NCBI GenBank assembly: GCA_027459725.1
Contig: DAIDHK010000003.1
Span: 931-64,930 of the forward strand
Length of the DNA: 64,000 bases
Origin: Candidatus Levyibacteriota bacterium
Lineage (GTDB): Bacteria; Patescibacteriota; Microgenomatia; Levybacterales; UBA12049
Reading direction: 5' to 3'
Of this stretch, positions 50,931 through 62,651 are shown piece by piece. Position 1 is the stretch's first letter, and every line of letters starts with the position of its first letter. Under the pieces are notes generated by a model. The model was not told the origin of the DNA. It ran no database searches and worked only from the letters and a program-made list of their open reading frames with translations. A program made the position numbers and the translations under genes.

Positions 50931-51363
50931 AAAACCGCCTCATAAGCCGAATCGAAACGAAAAATATATTTTTCTTGGGAATACCCAAACTAAAGATAAG
51001 AAAAATAAGATCAATAATAAGACAGTACAAAAAGAAAACAAATGGCCTCTTTATTTGTATGTTTTTGCAGTTTGTTTTGTCTGTGGCATTATTCTTATGG
51101 GAATGTTATTAGTCGAGAAAACGATTGCTCAAAAGTATGATCAGCTGCAAGCTGATAAAACTACCAGAGCATCTATTGAACAGCAAATAGTAGAATGGAA
51201 GGGGATTTTACAAAAATACCCTGATTATAGGGACGGATATTATCATTTAGCCGTTCTGGAATATGAGTTAGGCAATAAACCTGCTGCGCAAATATATAAT
51301 CAGCAAGCTTTAGACATTGATCCAAATTATACCCCATCAAGACAACTGGAAAAGAAACTATAA
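50896..51363 (+). CDS. single-TM TPR-containing protein
   Basis: YPDYRDGYYHLAVLEYELG..ALDIDPN. Confidence 0.75.
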   Translation: MSKSNSRKFIRKKPPHKPNRNEKYIFLGNTQTKDKKNKINNKTVQKENKWPLYLYVFAVCFVCGIILMGMLLVEKTIAQKYDQLQADKTTRASIEQQIVEWKGILQKYPDYRDGYYHLAVLEYELGNKPAAQIYNQQALDIDPNYTPSRQLEKKL

Positions 51364-51383
51364 AAAAATGAAGTTTATCTAAC

Positions 51384-52058
51384 TTATTTTTCTTCTTTGG
51401 GAGCAGCTGTTGTGGAGTCAGGTTCTGCTGATGTTTCACCCTTAGATGGTATAGTGGCTTCACCCTCAGCAGCTGTAACTACGGGTTCGGGTTCTTTCTC
51501 TTCTTTTACTAATTCAGAAACCTGTACCACATTTTCCTCGGACGATGTAAGAATAGTAACGCCTTCGGGGGCCTTAATATCGGATACTTCTAAGATATCG
51601 CCAATTTCTTCCAAAGAAGATGCATCTACTTCAATAAAATCCGGAATGGCTTCTGGTAGGGCTTCTATCTCAATCTCGTTCAACAACTGCATTAATAATC
51701 CTTGATGATCGGTTACGGGTGCTGGTTCACCCACCACCTTAACTGGAACACTTGTTCTAATTTTTTCTTTCAGATTAACTTGATAGAAGTCCACATGTAA
51801 TGGTTGTGCACTATTAAAGTGCATTTGAGGGTTTTTGACTAAAACAGGAATTGTTTGTCCACTGACTTCCAGATCGATAATCCCTGTTTCTCCAACTTCG
51901 GAATAAACAGGAGCAAAATCTGCATAATTTACTTCGACTGCCTGACTGGGAATACCTTTCCCATACACATTGGCTGGCATTTTACCTCCACGGCGCAGTT
52001 GTTTAACTTTTTTGCCATTGATCTCACGTTTATTAGCGATTAATTTTGGATGCTGCAT
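51384..52058 (-). CDS. rplY: 50S ribosomal protein L25/CTC
   Basis: LRRGGKMPANVYG, HVDFYQV, EALPEAIP. Confidence 0.95.
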   Translation of the reverse strand: MQHPKLIANKREINGKKVKQLRRGGKMPANVYGKGIPSQAVEVNYADFAPVYSEVGETGIIDLEVSGQTIPVLVKNPQMHFNSAQPLHVDFYQVNLKEKIRTSVPVKVVGEPAPVTDHQGLLMQLLNEIEIEALPEAIPDFIEVDASSLEEIGDILEVSDIKAPEGVTILTSSEENVVQVSELVKEEKEPEPVVTAAEGEATIPSKGETSAEPDSTTAAPKEEK

Positions 52059-52177
52059 GAACGTAATTATAACAGAAACCGGACTTTGTGGTCAAACGGT
52101 CGTTGTTTTAGTAGAATTACAGCTTTGCTTGATTAATTCAAAGCTTAATTTGTTATAATACATAGTTCTTTTGATTT

Positions 52178-52717
52178 ATGAATATAACAGAAATATTAGA
52201 TCCAATTAGAAATTTGCAACTCAATCATAAATTGAAAGATAGGGTATATGGGGTTGATTCTTCAGACAAGATTTCACTCACTGTAGCAGATGTCATGTCT
52301 AACTTAGCCTCTTCAGAGCTTGCATTTCCAACTATAGGTCGGTTAGTTATGTATACTAAAATTCTTTTTTCTCTCGATACTATGAGGGGAGTGGTTTTTA
52401 GTGGGTCTGAATATTATCCTAACGTAATTATTCCGTATTTGTTGGAGGGGGAAAATAGACTCCCGACAGAACAAAGAATAGTATACGAATATAATAAAGG
52501 AGTTTCTTTGTTTAGAGCTGATAATTATTTAGCATCTATCGGAGAAAGTAAGGATGGGGTGCGTTTTGTAAAAAGTCGTCGTCTTGACGTAGAAAACACA
52601 TATGACTGGCTAAGAATTAAAAGAGGAATTAGGAAGGATATTACACAGACACCTGTAACGGGGACTAAATATTTTCAGCCCTATATCGCAGCGGCAGTAA
52701 TCTTTAATAAAATATAA
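52178..52717 (+). CDS. hypothetical protein
   Basis: 179-aa ORF with upstream TGnTATAAT; no recognisable motif. Confidence 0.6.
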   Translation: MNITEILDPIRNLQLNHKLKDRVYGVDSSDKISLTVADVMSNLASSELAFPTIGRLVMYTKILFSLDTMRGVVFSGSEYYPNVIIPYLLEGENRLPTEQRIVYEYNKGVSLFRADNYLASIGESKDGVRFVKSRRLDVENTYDWLRIKRGIRKDITQTPVTGTKYFQPYIAAAVIFNKI

Positions 52718-52764
52718 AATTATTAAAATTTGCATTTGTCGTCCTTCCTTGCCATACTGCTTGC

Positions 52765-53259
52765 ATGAGAATTTTGGGTATTGATCCGGGTATAGGTCGT
52801 ACGGGCTGGGGAATAATAGAGGTTGATGCTTCGAAGTTTGAGGTTAGAGAGTATGGATGTATTGAGACACAGCCTAATAGTCCGTTGGGTGATCGTTTAA
52901 TTATCCTTTATGACGTATTAAAAAAGATTATTGAGAAACAGAGGCCTGACGAGATCAGCATAGAAGAATTATTCTTTAATACTAACGCCAAGACCGCTTT
53001 GATGGTGGGACATGCACGAGGGGTTGTCTTATTGGTGGCTGGACAGATGGGAATACCGATAGGCGAATATACTCCTTTGCAAGTTAAGATGGCGCTGACT
53101 GGTTACGGACGGGCAGAAAAACCACAAATTGGTCAGATGGTCAAAACCCTACTCAGGTTATCCTCAATTCCAAAACCTGACGATACCTCAGATGCTCTTG
53201 CAGTTGCGCTGACTCATGCCTTTTCTAGAAAGATGGGTTTATATCACCAGGTAAGGTAA
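52765..53259 (+). CDS. ruvC: Holliday junction resolvase RuvC
   Basis: ILGIDPG, IEELFF, GHARG, EYTP, DDTSDALAVA. Confidence 0.97.
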   Translation: MRILGIDPGIGRTGWGIIEVDASKFEVREYGCIETQPNSPLGDRLIILYDVLKKIIEKQRPDEISIEELFFNTNAKTALMVGHARGVVLLVAGQMGIPIGEYTPLQVKMALTGYGRAEKPQIGQMVKTLLRLSSIPKPDDTSDALAVALTHAFSRKMGLYHQVR

Positions 53260-53421
53260 GTAGGGCTGTGAATTAGCGTTTAGACAGTATGTCATTTTTG
53301 TGTCTTCATGGCTAAGATCGAAAAATACTCGATGATAATTATATACTAAATTTTTTCTGCAGCTTTTATGATCCTCTATTTGCCATAAGCCATATTACGT
53401 GATATATTTTCACTGCCTCAT

Positions 53422-54000
53422 ATGATTGGTCTGCTTAAAGGTAAAATTGTCTATAAATCTGATCTATACATCATCGTTGATGTTCATGGTGTGGGCTATA
53501 AAGTTTTTGTCGGAACTACGACTCTATCAGATACAGATCTACATAAAGATGAGATAACTATTTTTACTTACACTCATGTACGTGAAGACTCTTTAGATTT
53601 ATATGGTTTTATAGATCCGGCTGACCTGCGCTTGTTTGAATATTTAATAGGGGTGTCAGGGGTAGGTTGTAAGACAGCTTTGGGTATTTTTTCCGTTGGA
53701 AAAAGGGATGAAATCACGAACGCCATTTTGCGTGCTGATGCAGATTTCTTTACCGCCGTACCTAGACTTGGCAAAAAGAATGCACAAAAAATTATTATTG
53801 AGTTAAAGTCTAAACTAGGCAGCACTGCTGATCTTGATTTATCAGGTGGAGGTAGTGATAATGCGACTGTTATTGAAGCGCTTAAACAGTTTGGTTATTC
53901 TAGCAGCGAAATAAATTCAGCCTTGAAATCCCTCAAAGATAAGAACATAAATGAAAATGAAAAAATTAGATTGGCTTTGAAGTATTTAGGCCGCAGTTAA
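53422..54000 (+). CDS. ruvA: Holliday junction branch migration protein RuvA
   Basis: [35 protein letters not shown]. Confidence 0.97.
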   Translation: MIGLLKGKIVYKSDLYIIVDVHGVGYKVFVGTTTLSDTDLHKDEITIFTYTHVREDSLDLYGFIDPADLRLFEYLIGVSGVGCKTALGIFSVGKRDEITNAILRADADFFTAVPRLGKKNAQKIIIELKSKLGSTADLDLSGGGSDNATVIEALKQFGYSSSEINSALKSLKDKNINENEKIRLALKYLGRS

Positions 54001-54008
54001 TAAAGAAT

Positions 54009-55052
54009 ATGGATAATAAACATAACACTATTATCAAAGAGGAACAAATGGAGCCTGAGGAAGAGCAGTTGATAACTTCTGTCCGGGCAGCGGATTGGGG
54101 TGAGTTCATGGGGCAGTCAAATATCAAGGAAAGTTTATCGGTGGCTATTCAGGCAGCTAAAAAACGTAAAGAAGCCTTGGAACACGTTTTATTATATGGG
54201 CCACCGGGTTTGGGTAAAACTACTCTTTCGCACATTATTGCCAAGGAAATGGGTAGCAATATCCGCGTAACTTCTGGGCCCGCGATTGAGCGGGCAGGAG
54301 ATCTGGCATCTATCTTAACTAACTTGGAAAAGAGGGATGTATTGTTTATCGATGAAATACATCGCTTAAATAAAGTAGTGGAGGAGACACTTTATCCTGC
54401 TATGGAGGATTATGCTTTGGATATTGTGGTAGGTAAAGGACCATCAGCCCGTACTTTGCGCTTGGATTTGCCGCCATTTACAATTGTAGGAGCCACCACC
54501 AGAGTTGGGCTACTATCTGCTCCGCTGCGTGACAGATTCGGTGTAATTCACCGGTTGAATTTTTATTCACCTAAGGAATTACGGGTGATTATTAAGAATG
54601 CGGCAAAAAAATTAAAAGTAGAAATTGACTCAGACAGCTTGATTGCTATTTCTACGCGCAGTCGGGGAACACCTAGAATTGCTTTAAAATTATTGAAACG
54701 TGTGCGTGATTATAGCCAGGTACATGGTGATGGTGAAGTTACCCTGGATGATACTACTAAGGCCTTGGATATGCTGGAAGTAGACAAGGTAGGTTTAGAC
54801 ACCTTAGACTTGCGTTATTTGGATGCTATCATTAAAAAGCACAGCGGTGGGCCCGTGGGTGTTGAGACTATTGGTTCTACAATTTCAGAGGATATTGGTA
54901 CGCTGGAAGATATGGTTGAGCCATACTTACTACAGATCGGTTTTATCAGACGTACAGCACGCGGGCGGGTGGCTACTAAGCATGCCTATGTACATTTAGG
55001 AGTTGTTTATCCCTCTTCTATGGAAGATGTTGATCAACAGAAGTTGTTGTAG
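54009..55052 (+). CDS. ruvB: Holliday junction branch migration helicase RuvB
   Basis: [32 protein letters not shown]. Confidence 0.98.
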   Translation: MDNKHNTIIKEEQMEPEEEQLITSVRAADWGEFMGQSNIKESLSVAIQAAKKRKEALEHVLLYGPPGLGKTTLSHIIAKEMGSNIRVTSGPAIERAGDLASILTNLEKRDVLFIDEIHRLNKVVEETLYPAMEDYALDIVVGKGPSARTLRLDLPPFTIVGATTRVGLLSAPLRDRFGVIHRLNFYSPKELRVIIKNAAKKLKVEIDSDSLIAISTRSRGTPRIALKLLKRVRDYSQVHGDGEVTLDDTTKALDMLEVDKVGLDTLDLRYLDAIIKKHSGGPVGVETIGSTISEDIGTLEDMVEPYLLQIGFIRRTARGRVATKHAYVHLGVVYPSSMEDVDQQKLL

Positions 55053-55078
55053 TAATCATAAGAAAATATTTTTAGTAA

Positions 55079-55612
55079 CTATTGCTGTAAGTATGTTTTT
55101 AACTTCTGTAATGCAATACCACGCATGGAGATTCTATTTTTTTCCTCGATAGTCATTTCTCCAAATGTTTTATTCATACCTTTAGGTTGAAAGATAGAAT
55201 TAAAACCAAAACTTCTGTCTCCGCGGGGTCTTACCAGATCTCCCTCAATTGTTCCATCAAAAAAATGAACATCAGCAGCATTTTGAGCATAACCAATAAT
55301 AGTAGTGCATCGGGCTTTCGTATCTCCCAATTGGACACAAATTTCAGATAATTTCTGATCACCCAGAACTTGCTCAAACCACTTACCCAGGGGACCAGGT
55401 AAACCGTTAAGACATGATAAGTAAAGAGAAGTATCTTCGATAATAAAAGGTCCGTCATGATGTTGAAGTGCTGTTTGCAGCTTGTTCTCAATAATCTTTT
55501 TTGCATCAATTTCCTGGATTTCCGGTAGATCAATTTTTAATTGCTCGATATCGGGGAAAAATTGTTGTACTTCACGAAATTTGAATTTATTGCCGGTAAT
55601 AAAATAAAGCAT
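55079..55612 (-). CDS. non-canonical purine NTP pyrophosphatase (Ham1/RdgB family)
   Basis: TGNKFK, EDTSL, GLPG, FGFNSIF, KNRISMR. Confidence 0.9.
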   Translation of the reverse strand: MLYFITGNKFKFREVQQFFPDIEQLKIDLPEIQEIDAKKIIENKLQTALQHHDGPFIIEDTSLYLSCLNGLPGPLGKWFEQVLGDQKLSEICVQLGDTKARCTTIIGYAQNAADVHFFDGTIEGDLVRPRGDRSFGFNSIFQPKGMNKTFGEMTIEEKNRISMRGIALQKLKTYLQQ

Positions 55613-55732
55613 TGGAAAGTGAATTATTTATAACATAATGCTAAAAAAAAAGAAATTTATACTTCGAAATAATTCCTCATCTTCTACACATCGCATCGTT
55701 GACAAATTTTTTATTAACCTGTAAAGTGAATT

Positions 55733-56878
55733 ATGGACCCTGCCAAAAATGTTTTTCCACTTGCTCTAACCTTCGACGATATATTACTTTTACCTGATTA
55801 TGCTGGATTTTCTCGTTCAGATGTTTCATTGACAACATATATTACCAGAAAAGTTAGAATAGATTTGCCTTTTATTTCTTCTCCTATGGATACCGTGACA
55901 GAGAGTAAATTGGCCATTGCATTGGCAAATAATGGCGGAATAGGGATTATTCATCGTAATCTATCTATTGATCAGCAAGCAGATGAAGTAGCAAAAGTTA
56001 AAAAACATAAACTGTTGGTAGGAGCAGCTATTGGTGCAAGTAAGGGGTATGAAGAAAGGGTAGCTGCTCTGATAAAGGCTGGTGCAGATGTGTTATTAGT
56101 CGACTCCGCCCATGGTTATACCAGATCTGTAATTGACACGACTAGGGATATTAAGAAGCGCTATGCTAAACAGCAGGTTATTTCAGGCAATGTGGCGACA
56201 TATGATGGGACCTTAGCATTGATTGGTGCCGGAGCTGACGGGGTACGTGTGGGCATGGGCCCGGGAGCAATTTGTACGACCCGAATTATTTCAGGTATGG
56301 GGGTTCCGCAAGTTACGGCCTTAAGAGAAGCCGTAAGAGCAGCCAGAAAGACGAAAACACCAATTATTGCGGATGGAGGGATTAAGTACTCGGGAGATAT
56401 GGTTAAGGCATTGGCTCTAGGTGCCAGCGCGGTGATGATGGGCAGTTTTTTTGCCAGTGCAGTTGAATCACCTGGGGAGACTGTGGAATTAAATAAAGCT
56501 CACGTTCCTCATCGTTTTCAAAGTATTTTTACTAAAGGCAGACAACATTTTCTTTTCAAACAGTATCGTGGGATGGGTTCAATTGGTGCAATGGAACAGG
56601 GTGCCAAGATTAAAGCAGAAGATGAATACCATGGTAAATCCTACAAAGATCGTGTCCTGATTGCCGAGGGTGTGGAGGGGTTAGTCCCCGTAAAAGGTAA
56701 AGTGTCTGATTTAGTCGATCAGGCGTATGGTGGAATTCAATCGGGCATGTATTATGTAGGTGCTAAAACAATTACAGAGTTATGGAAAAAAGCTAAGTTT
56801 ATTCAAATTACTCAGGCCTCTTTGATGGAGAGCCATCCGCATGATGTGTTAATTACCAATCCAGGTGAAAATTATTAA
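55733..56878 (+). CDS. guaB: IMP dehydrogenase (no CBS domains)
   Basis: [39 protein letters not shown]. Confidence 0.93.
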   Translation: MDPAKNVFPLALTFDDILLLPDYAGFSRSDVSLTTYITRKVRIDLPFISSPMDTVTESKLAIALANNGGIGIIHRNLSIDQQADEVAKVKKHKLLVGAAIGASKGYEERVAALIKAGADVLLVDSAHGYTRSVIDTTRDIKKRYAKQQVISGNVATYDGTLALIGAGADGVRVGMGPGAICTTRIISGMGVPQVTALREAVRAARKTKTPIIADGGIKYSGDMVKALALGASAVMMGSFFASAVESPGETVELNKAHVPHRFQSIFTKGRQHFLFKQYRGMGSIGAMEQGAKIKAEDEYHGKSYKDRVLIAEGVEGLVPVKGKVSDLVDQAYGGIQSGMYYVGAKTITELWKKAKFIQITQASLMESHPHDVLITNPGENY

Positions 56879-56889
56879 AAAAAATTGTT

Positions 56890-58407
56890 ATGATTCTGAT
56901 CGTTGATTTTGGTTCACAAACTACTCACCTCATTAGTCGTAGATTAAAAGATATAGGGATTACCTCTAAGATTATTGATCCAGAAAAATTAATGGTAGCG
57001 CTGAATGAGAGTTCTCCTGCTGGGATTATCCTCTCGGGAGGGCCTGCCTCGGTCTATGAGAAAAACGCTCCTAGTATTGATAAGAGGATTTTTGAATTAA
57101 ATCTACCCATTTTAGGTATTTGTTATGGCTGGCAGCTGATGACTCAATTATTAGGTGGTAATGTTGAGTCAGGTAAAAAAGAATATGGTCCTACCACGCT
57201 GAGAGTGTATGATTTTCATGATTTATTTTATGGCGCTCCGGATAAATTTATTGTTTTTGAATCACATGGTGACACAGTTGTAAAATTGCCTGCTGGATTT
57301 GCCATTATGGCTTCCACGCCTTCTGTAGAGTATGCAGCTGTTGGGAATAAAGCTAGAAAGATGTATGGAGTGCAATTCCATCCCGAAGTTCATGATACCC
57401 GATTTGGTAAACAGTTACTCGAGAATTTTGCGACCAGGATTTGCGGACTGGGAGTTAAGCCAGTCAAATTAGATCTTAACTCTATGGTTGAGGAAATAAA
57501 AGTTAAAGTGGACAAGAATAAGGTTATCGGTGCATTCTCAGGTGGAACTGATTCAGCAGTGGCGGGTGCTTTAGTGGCAAAAGCGATTGGTAGACAGTTT
57601 ATCCCTGTTTATATAGATAGCGGATTGATGCGTGAAGAAACACTTGGAAGAATTAAAGATACATTTCCTAAAGTATTGGGAATTCCAGTCAAAATAATCC
57701 ATGCCCGCAAAGAATTTTTGCAGGCTCTAAATGGTGTCACTGATCCGGAGCAAAAAAGAAAAGTGATTGGTAAGTTATACATTGATTTATTTCAGGCAGA
57801 AGCGGCAAAACATAAAAACGTCAGGTTTTTACTACAAGGTACGACATATGCTGATTTTATTCACTCTCAGGGCACAAAAAGATCGGCGCATATTAAGAGT
57901 CATCATAATGTAGGGGGTCTACCGAAGAATTTACCATTTAAGTTACTGGAGCCATTGAGATATTTCTATACCGACGAAGTACGTAAAATTGGTCTAAAGA
58001 TAGGATTACCAAGAGAGGTAGTTTTTCAGCAGCCATTTCCCGGTCCAGGACATGCAGTCAGAATTATAGGGGAGGTTACAACAGATCGTTTAAATAAACA
58101 AGTCCTAGCGGATTCTATAGTGCTAGATGAGATGCAAAAAGCAGGTCAGTATACTAAGGTTTTTCAGTGCTGGTCAATTATGACGGGTATTAATAGTACG
58201 GCAGTGAAGGGCGATGGACGGTTTTATGGAGAAATAATTGCTATACGGGTGGTCAAGAGTAAAGATCGAATGACTGCTGATTGGGCAAGATTGCCATATA
58301 ATCTGCTTGCTAAACTTTCAACTCGTTTAGTAAATGAAGTACCGGGAATTTCGCGGGTAGTCTATGACATTACCACCAAACCTCCAGCAACTATGGAATG
58401 GGAGTAA
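56890..58407 (+). CDS. guaA: GMP synthase (glutamine-hydrolysing)
   Basis: DFGSQ, GICYG, QFHPEV, SGGTDS, IKSHHNVGG, KPPATMEWE. Confidence 0.97.
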   Translation: MILIVDFGSQTTHLISRRLKDIGITSKIIDPEKLMVALNESSPAGIILSGGPASVYEKNAPSIDKRIFELNLPILGICYGWQLMTQLLGGNVESGKKEYGPTTLRVYDFHDLFYGAPDKFIVFESHGDTVVKLPAGFAIMASTPSVEYAAVGNKARKMYGVQFHPEVHDTRFGKQLLENFATRICGLGVKPVKLDLNSMVEEIKVKVDKNKVIGAFSGGTDSAVAGALVAKAIGRQFIPVYIDSGLMREETLGRIKDTFPKVLGIPVKIIHARKEFLQALNGVTDPEQKRKVIGKLYIDLFQAEAAKHKNVRFLLQGTTYADFIHSQGTKRSAHIKSHHNVGGLPKNLPFKLLEPLRYFYTDEVRKIGLKIGLPREVVFQQPFPGPGHAVRIIGEVTTDRLNKQVLADSIVLDEMQKAGQYTKVFQCWSIMTGINSTAVKGDGRFYGEIIAIRVVKSKDRMTADWARLPYNLLAKLSTRLVNEVPGISRVVYDITTKPPATMEWE

Positions 58408-58577
58408 GTTTTTACACTAGTTACTTCTTCTGCTACAATGGCGCTGTAAGTTATACAGAGTAGCAGAGAGCAAAGTTTCTCGCAAAATGAGTTTGTTTGC
58501 TTAGCTGAAGAATTGCACTTTCTGTTTTAATTAACTTTTAAATGTACATCTTAGAGTGTATATTTTGCACTAAGTAT

Positions 58578-60356
58578 ATGGATGATGTTGCTTTGGTTCG
58601 AGAAAAGATAGATTTGGTCGCATTAATTGGTGAAACAGTGAGCCTGAAAAGAGCTGGTAAAAACTTCAAGGGACTTTGTCCCTTTCATTCGGAAAAGTCT
58701 CCTTCTTTTATGGTCTCGCCGGAACGTCAGATTTGGCATTGTTTTGGCTGCCAAAAAGGTGGAGATTGTTTTAGTTTTATCATGGAGCAAGAGCATATTG
58801 AGTTCGTAGAAGCTTTAAGAATATTAGCGAAAAGAGCAGGGATAGAGTTACAGCAGTCTCCTATAGCCACTGGCATCGCAGCCAAAAAAGAGAGATTATA
58901 CGAAGCGAACAAATTAGCTTTGGATTTCTATCATTATCTTTTGACAGAGCATAAAAGTGGGGCGCAAGCACGTGAATATCTAAATACCAGGAAAATGGGT
59001 GAAAAGATATGGCAGACTTTTAAACTAGGTTTTGCCCCTGATCAACGTGATGCTCTAACTAACTATCTCCTTAAGCGTAAACATTTTAAGTTAGAAGAGT
59101 TGCTAGAAGTTGGCTTGAGTACACGCACCCGAAGCGGAGTAATTGACTTTTTTTGGAACCGTTTGATGTTTCCATTATATGATCATCGTGATAATGTAGT
59201 TGGGTTTGCCGGACGTTTATTAATTCCCTCAGACCATGGGCCTAAATACATCAATACTAAAGAAACATTAATCTATCATAAAGGGCAAACCTTTTTTGCT
59301 ATTCAGGTTACTAAGGAGCATTTGCGCAAGACAAATCAGGCAATATTAGTGGAAGGTGAATTTGATGCACTAACTTGTTTTCAGGCGGGGATTACCAACG
59401 TCTTAGCAGTAAAAGGCACAGCATTGACTGAACAGCAGGTAACCCTGCTTAGTCGTTATGTTAATAAGGTTACTATGTGTTTTGATGGAGATTCGGCCGG
59501 ACAGGAGGCAATCAAGCGTAGTATTCCCTTGCTGGAGAAAAAGAACTTACAAACAACAGTAGTAATCATTCCTAATGGTAAAGATCCGGATGAAGCTATT
59601 AAAAATAATGAGTTAGGTTTTAAGCAAGCTCTTAAGCATGATATTCCGGTATATGATTATCTATTTGATGAGTCAATAAAAGGTCAGGATAAGGCCAGTG
59701 CGCAAGGTAAAAGAAATATCGTAGAGAGCTTCTTGCCAGTGGTTGCCACGATTGAGAATTCAGTTGTACGTGAGCATTATCTAAAAAAACTCAGTGCTGC
59801 TCTGGATACCTCTTATGAAAGTCTTAATAGAGAGATTGAGAGAATAGAAAGACCTCTAGAGACACAGAAGGGTGAAATTGTCCAGTCAGAAAAGCAAACT
59901 CGTCAGGAGAGACTGGAAGAATATCTTGTTTCATTAATTGTACAGCATGATGATCCTAAAACAGCTGTTTTACAAATCATTACAGCACTTGATTCCTCTT
60001 TAAATAATGAAAGAGCTTATCAAAAAATAATTTTCCATCTGCTAACTTTTGTGAAGACTCTGCAGCAGGCGATGTTTGATCATGAGGTATTTCTACATCA
60101 TTTACCTGAAGAATTGACAACTATTTACAACAAGTCATTATTATTTCCATTACCAAAACTGACCCCCGAGGACTATTTGGTTGAGATAAGTAAAACAGCC
60201 GGGCAGTTAAAAGAAATGTATTTGCGGGAGCGAATTCAGGAATTGGGTAAGCAGATTAAGCAAAAAGAGGCAGAAGATAAATTGGAAGAAGTAGAGCAGC
60301 TGGAAGCTGAAAGCGTAGAGATCACTAAGCAGCTACAGGCAATGAATGTTAAATAG
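58578..60356 (+). CDS. dnaG: DNA primase
   Basis: CPFH..EKSPSF..CFGC zinc finger, KYINT, VEGEFD, FDGDSAG, KDPD. Confidence 0.97.
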   Translation: MDDVALVREKIDLVALIGETVSLKRAGKNFKGLCPFHSEKSPSFMVSPERQIWHCFGCQKGGDCFSFIMEQEHIEFVEALRILAKRAGIELQQSPIATGIAAKKERLYEANKLALDFYHYLLTEHKSGAQAREYLNTRKMGEKIWQTFKLGFAPDQRDALTNYLLKRKHFKLEELLEVGLSTRTRSGVIDFFWNRLMFPLYDHRDNVVGFAGRLLIPSDHGPKYINTKETLIYHKGQTFFAIQVTKEHLRKTNQAILVEGEFDALTCFQAGITNVLAVKGTALTEQQVTLLSRYVNKVTMCFDGDSAGQEAIKRSIPLLEKKNLQTTVVIIPNGKDPDEAIKNNELGFKQALKHDIPVYDYLFDESIKGQDKASAQGKRNIVESFLPVVATIENSVVREHYLKKLSAALDTSYESLNREIERIERPLETQKGEIVQSEKQTRQERLEEYLVSLIVQHDDPKTAVLQIITALDSSLNNERAYQKIIFHLLTFVKTLQQAMFDHEVFLHHLPEELTTIYNKSLLFPLPKLTPEDYLVEISKTAGQLKEMYLRERIQELGKQIKQKEAEDKLEEVEQLEAESVEITKQLQAMNVK

Positions 60357-60379
60357 AGGAAAAGGGATATAATTACAAA

Positions 60380-61465
60380 ATGAGGGAGTCAGGAGAATAT
60401 TCTTCAGTTTTTGATCCCCGAACACAAGATGTATTACATGACAGAGCTCAGAGTGGAGAATTAATTAATAGACTAAGCTTGATTTTAAAAAATTATCCTG
60501 TGGGGAGAGTAATTTGGGATATTTATAACAAAAACTTTACTAAGGAAAAACTTTCACAAGGAGAACAGGATATGATGGAAGTTTTACATGGTCCAGAAGC
60601 CAGACCCTTAGGCAACAAAGTTGAATTTCCTCGACTCATGCGGGAGTTGGGATATCAAGCTCCGCGAGGGCTTATAGTTAAAGCGACTTTAAATGATGAG
60701 GAAAGGTTAGCAGTCGTAAAAGAATATTATGCCGGTTCCGGAGTAGAAAATATGTTTTGTAAGCCTTTGAATGGTACACGGCAAAGAGACTTGGTCGGCC
60801 AAACAACTGGTTTGTCATTAGAGTCGCAAGAATTTAGAAGATATCTTTCAGCTTTAGAAGAAGATACAGTTATTCAGAAAAAAATACCAATCAGTACAGA
60901 TATCAGATATATAAGATATCGTGATAGAAAAGGGCAAAATTATGTGGCTGCATTTCAATATGAAGAAGGATTCTCTGATGGAGATAAAGATTTTACTAGT
61001 CGGAGACCCGAAAGACAAAAAGCAAGACGAAGAATTCGGCTTCCCTTTATGGGTAACAGGATCAATTCTGTTTCAGGAGAAACTCTTAATGAGATGGTGG
61101 AGAGCATGGTCAATATGTCGGCCAGTTCTTTAAATAATGATCAACACCAACTATCTAATCTTAATCATTTCCTTGAGGATGCGATTATATCATTGGAAGG
61201 AAAAATAGGGGTAAAACTGCCTTTTTTCTCTTGTGATATCGGAATTAATAACTTTGAGTCTCTGCGGGGGGAATATAACTTTGATCAGCTTAGAAGTAAC
61301 ATTAGTTTTATTGAGACACAAGGCTTTCCTCATCCCTGGGCAGGTTATAATTTAAGTGATAAGCCAGCTTTGAATACATGTCTTAATATGTGTATGTTAT
61401 ATCTTCGTGAACATGGAGCCAGTATGCAATCTCGTGTAAGGGCAGTTTTGGCTCGATATAAGTAG
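60380..61465 (+). CDS. hypothetical protein, possible divergent ATP-grasp fold
   Basis: NK.EF..LMRELG..AP, FCKP..G, VIQKKI..DIR, FSCDI, FIE order resembles ATP-grasp; TATAAT 6 nt before the ATG. Confidence 0.5.
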   Translation: MRESGEYSSVFDPRTQDVLHDRAQSGELINRLSLILKNYPVGRVIWDIYNKNFTKEKLSQGEQDMMEVLHGPEARPLGNKVEFPRLMRELGYQAPRGLIVKATLNDEERLAVVKEYYAGSGVENMFCKPLNGTRQRDLVGQTTGLSLESQEFRRYLSALEEDTVIQKKIPISTDIRYIRYRDRKGQNYVAAFQYEEGFSDGDKDFTSRRPERQKARRRIRLPFMGNRINSVSGETLNEMVESMVNMSASSLNNDQHQLSNLNHFLEDAIISLEGKIGVKLPFFSCDIGINNFESLRGEYNFDQLRSNISFIETQGFPHPWAGYNLSDKPALNTCLNMCMLYLREHGASMQSRVRAVLARYK

Positions 61466-61521
61466 GTTAATGTGCTTGCTTGCATTATTAGCGAAAGATG
61501 CTATACTGAATTCAATGATTA

Positions 61522-61548
61522 AATAAACCTGGTCTGTCCAGGTTTATT
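61522..61548. other. 11-bp perfect hairpin in the rpoD leader
   Basis: AATAAACCTGG-TCTGT-CCAGGTTTATT, downstream of TGCTATACT (61499-61507). Confidence 0.6.
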
Positions 61549-61562
61549 GTGTTGTATAAATT

Positions 61563-62651
61563 ATGACTAAACAGGTAAAACTTCCCAGTATCATGAATGA
61601 CATTGTTACAAACGCTAAAAAGCGTGGATATATTACCCAGGATGAAATCATGGGAATTTTTTCTCGTCCGGAAGAACATATTTTAGAATTGGATACTCTA
61701 TATGATAAATTGTTGCGTCAGAATACGGATGTCTATGAAAACATGGCGCAGGAACCAGACGAGCAAAAACCAATTGCTGATTTAGAAAAAGAGCTGGAGG
61801 CTTTGACGGTACTTGCTGAAGGTACTGTATCTGATCCCGTGAGAATGTACTTAAAAGAGATTGGTCGCATTCCTCTACTAACTTTTAATCAGGAGATTGA
61901 ATTAGCAAAAAAAGTTGAGAAGGGTGATAAAAAGGCTAAGCAAACTCTTATTAACTCTAATTTACGTTTAGTAGTCTCTATTGCCAAAAAATATATTGGT
62001 CGTGGTTTATCTCTACTGGATTTGATTCAGGAAGGTAATCAAGGTTTAATCCGTGCCGTAGAGAAATATGACTGGAGACGCGGTTATAAGTTCTCCACTT
62101 ATGCAACATGGTGGATACGCCAGTCAGTAACTCGTGCTATTGCCGATCAAGCTAGAACTATTCGTATTCCAGTACATATGGTTGAAAATATTAACCGTTT
62201 TTTGAGAACCTCCCGTAAATTGATGCAGGAATTGGGTAGAGAGCCTACTCCTGAAGAAGTTGCTAAAACTTTGGGAATTGAGCCTGATAAGGCTTTGGAG
62301 ATTATTAAAATATCTCAGAATCCAGCCAGTCTGGAGTCCCCAGTTGGCGATGAAGAAGATTCACGTTTGGGAGATTTTATTCATGATAGTTCAGCTCCAA
62401 CTTTGTTTGATTCCGCTTCGCGCGAATTACTGAAAGAACAAGTGGAACAGGTATTAGGAACACTTTCAGATCGTGAAAGACGTGTGCTGGAAGAAAGATT
62501 TGGCCTTAAAGATGGACGACCAAAAACATTAGAAGAAGTTGGACGTATGTTTGCTGTTACTCGTGAGCGTATTCGTCAAATTGAGGCGAAGGCTTTACGT
62601 AAATTGCGTCATCCTTCCCGCGGAAATAAACTGAAAGATTATTTAATCTAA
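61563..62651 (+). CDS. rpoD: primary RNA polymerase sigma factor
   Basis: [41 protein letters not shown]. Confidence 0.98.
   Translation: MTKQVKLPSIMNDIVTNAKKRGYITQDEIMGIFSRPEEHILELDTLYDKLLRQNTDVYENMAQEPDEQKPIADLEKELEALTVLAEGTVSDPVRMYLKEIGRIPLLTFNQEIELAKKVEKGDKKAKQTLINSNLRLVVSIAKKYIGRGLSLLDLIQEGNQGLIRAVEKYDWRRGYKFSTYATWWIRQSVTRAIADQARTIRIPVHMVENINRFLRTSRKLMQELGREPTPEEVAKTLGIEPDKALEIIKISQNPASLESPVGDEEDSRLGDFIHDSSAPTLFDSASRELLKEQVEQVLGTLSDRERRVLEERFGLKDGRPKTLEEVGRMFAVTRERIRQIEAKALRKLRHPSRGNKLKDYLI

Noticed and set aside
55733-56878. CBS-less IMPDH as a novelty
   Set aside because: Short IMPDH forms are well known, and the catalytic motifs and guaA linkage are ordinary
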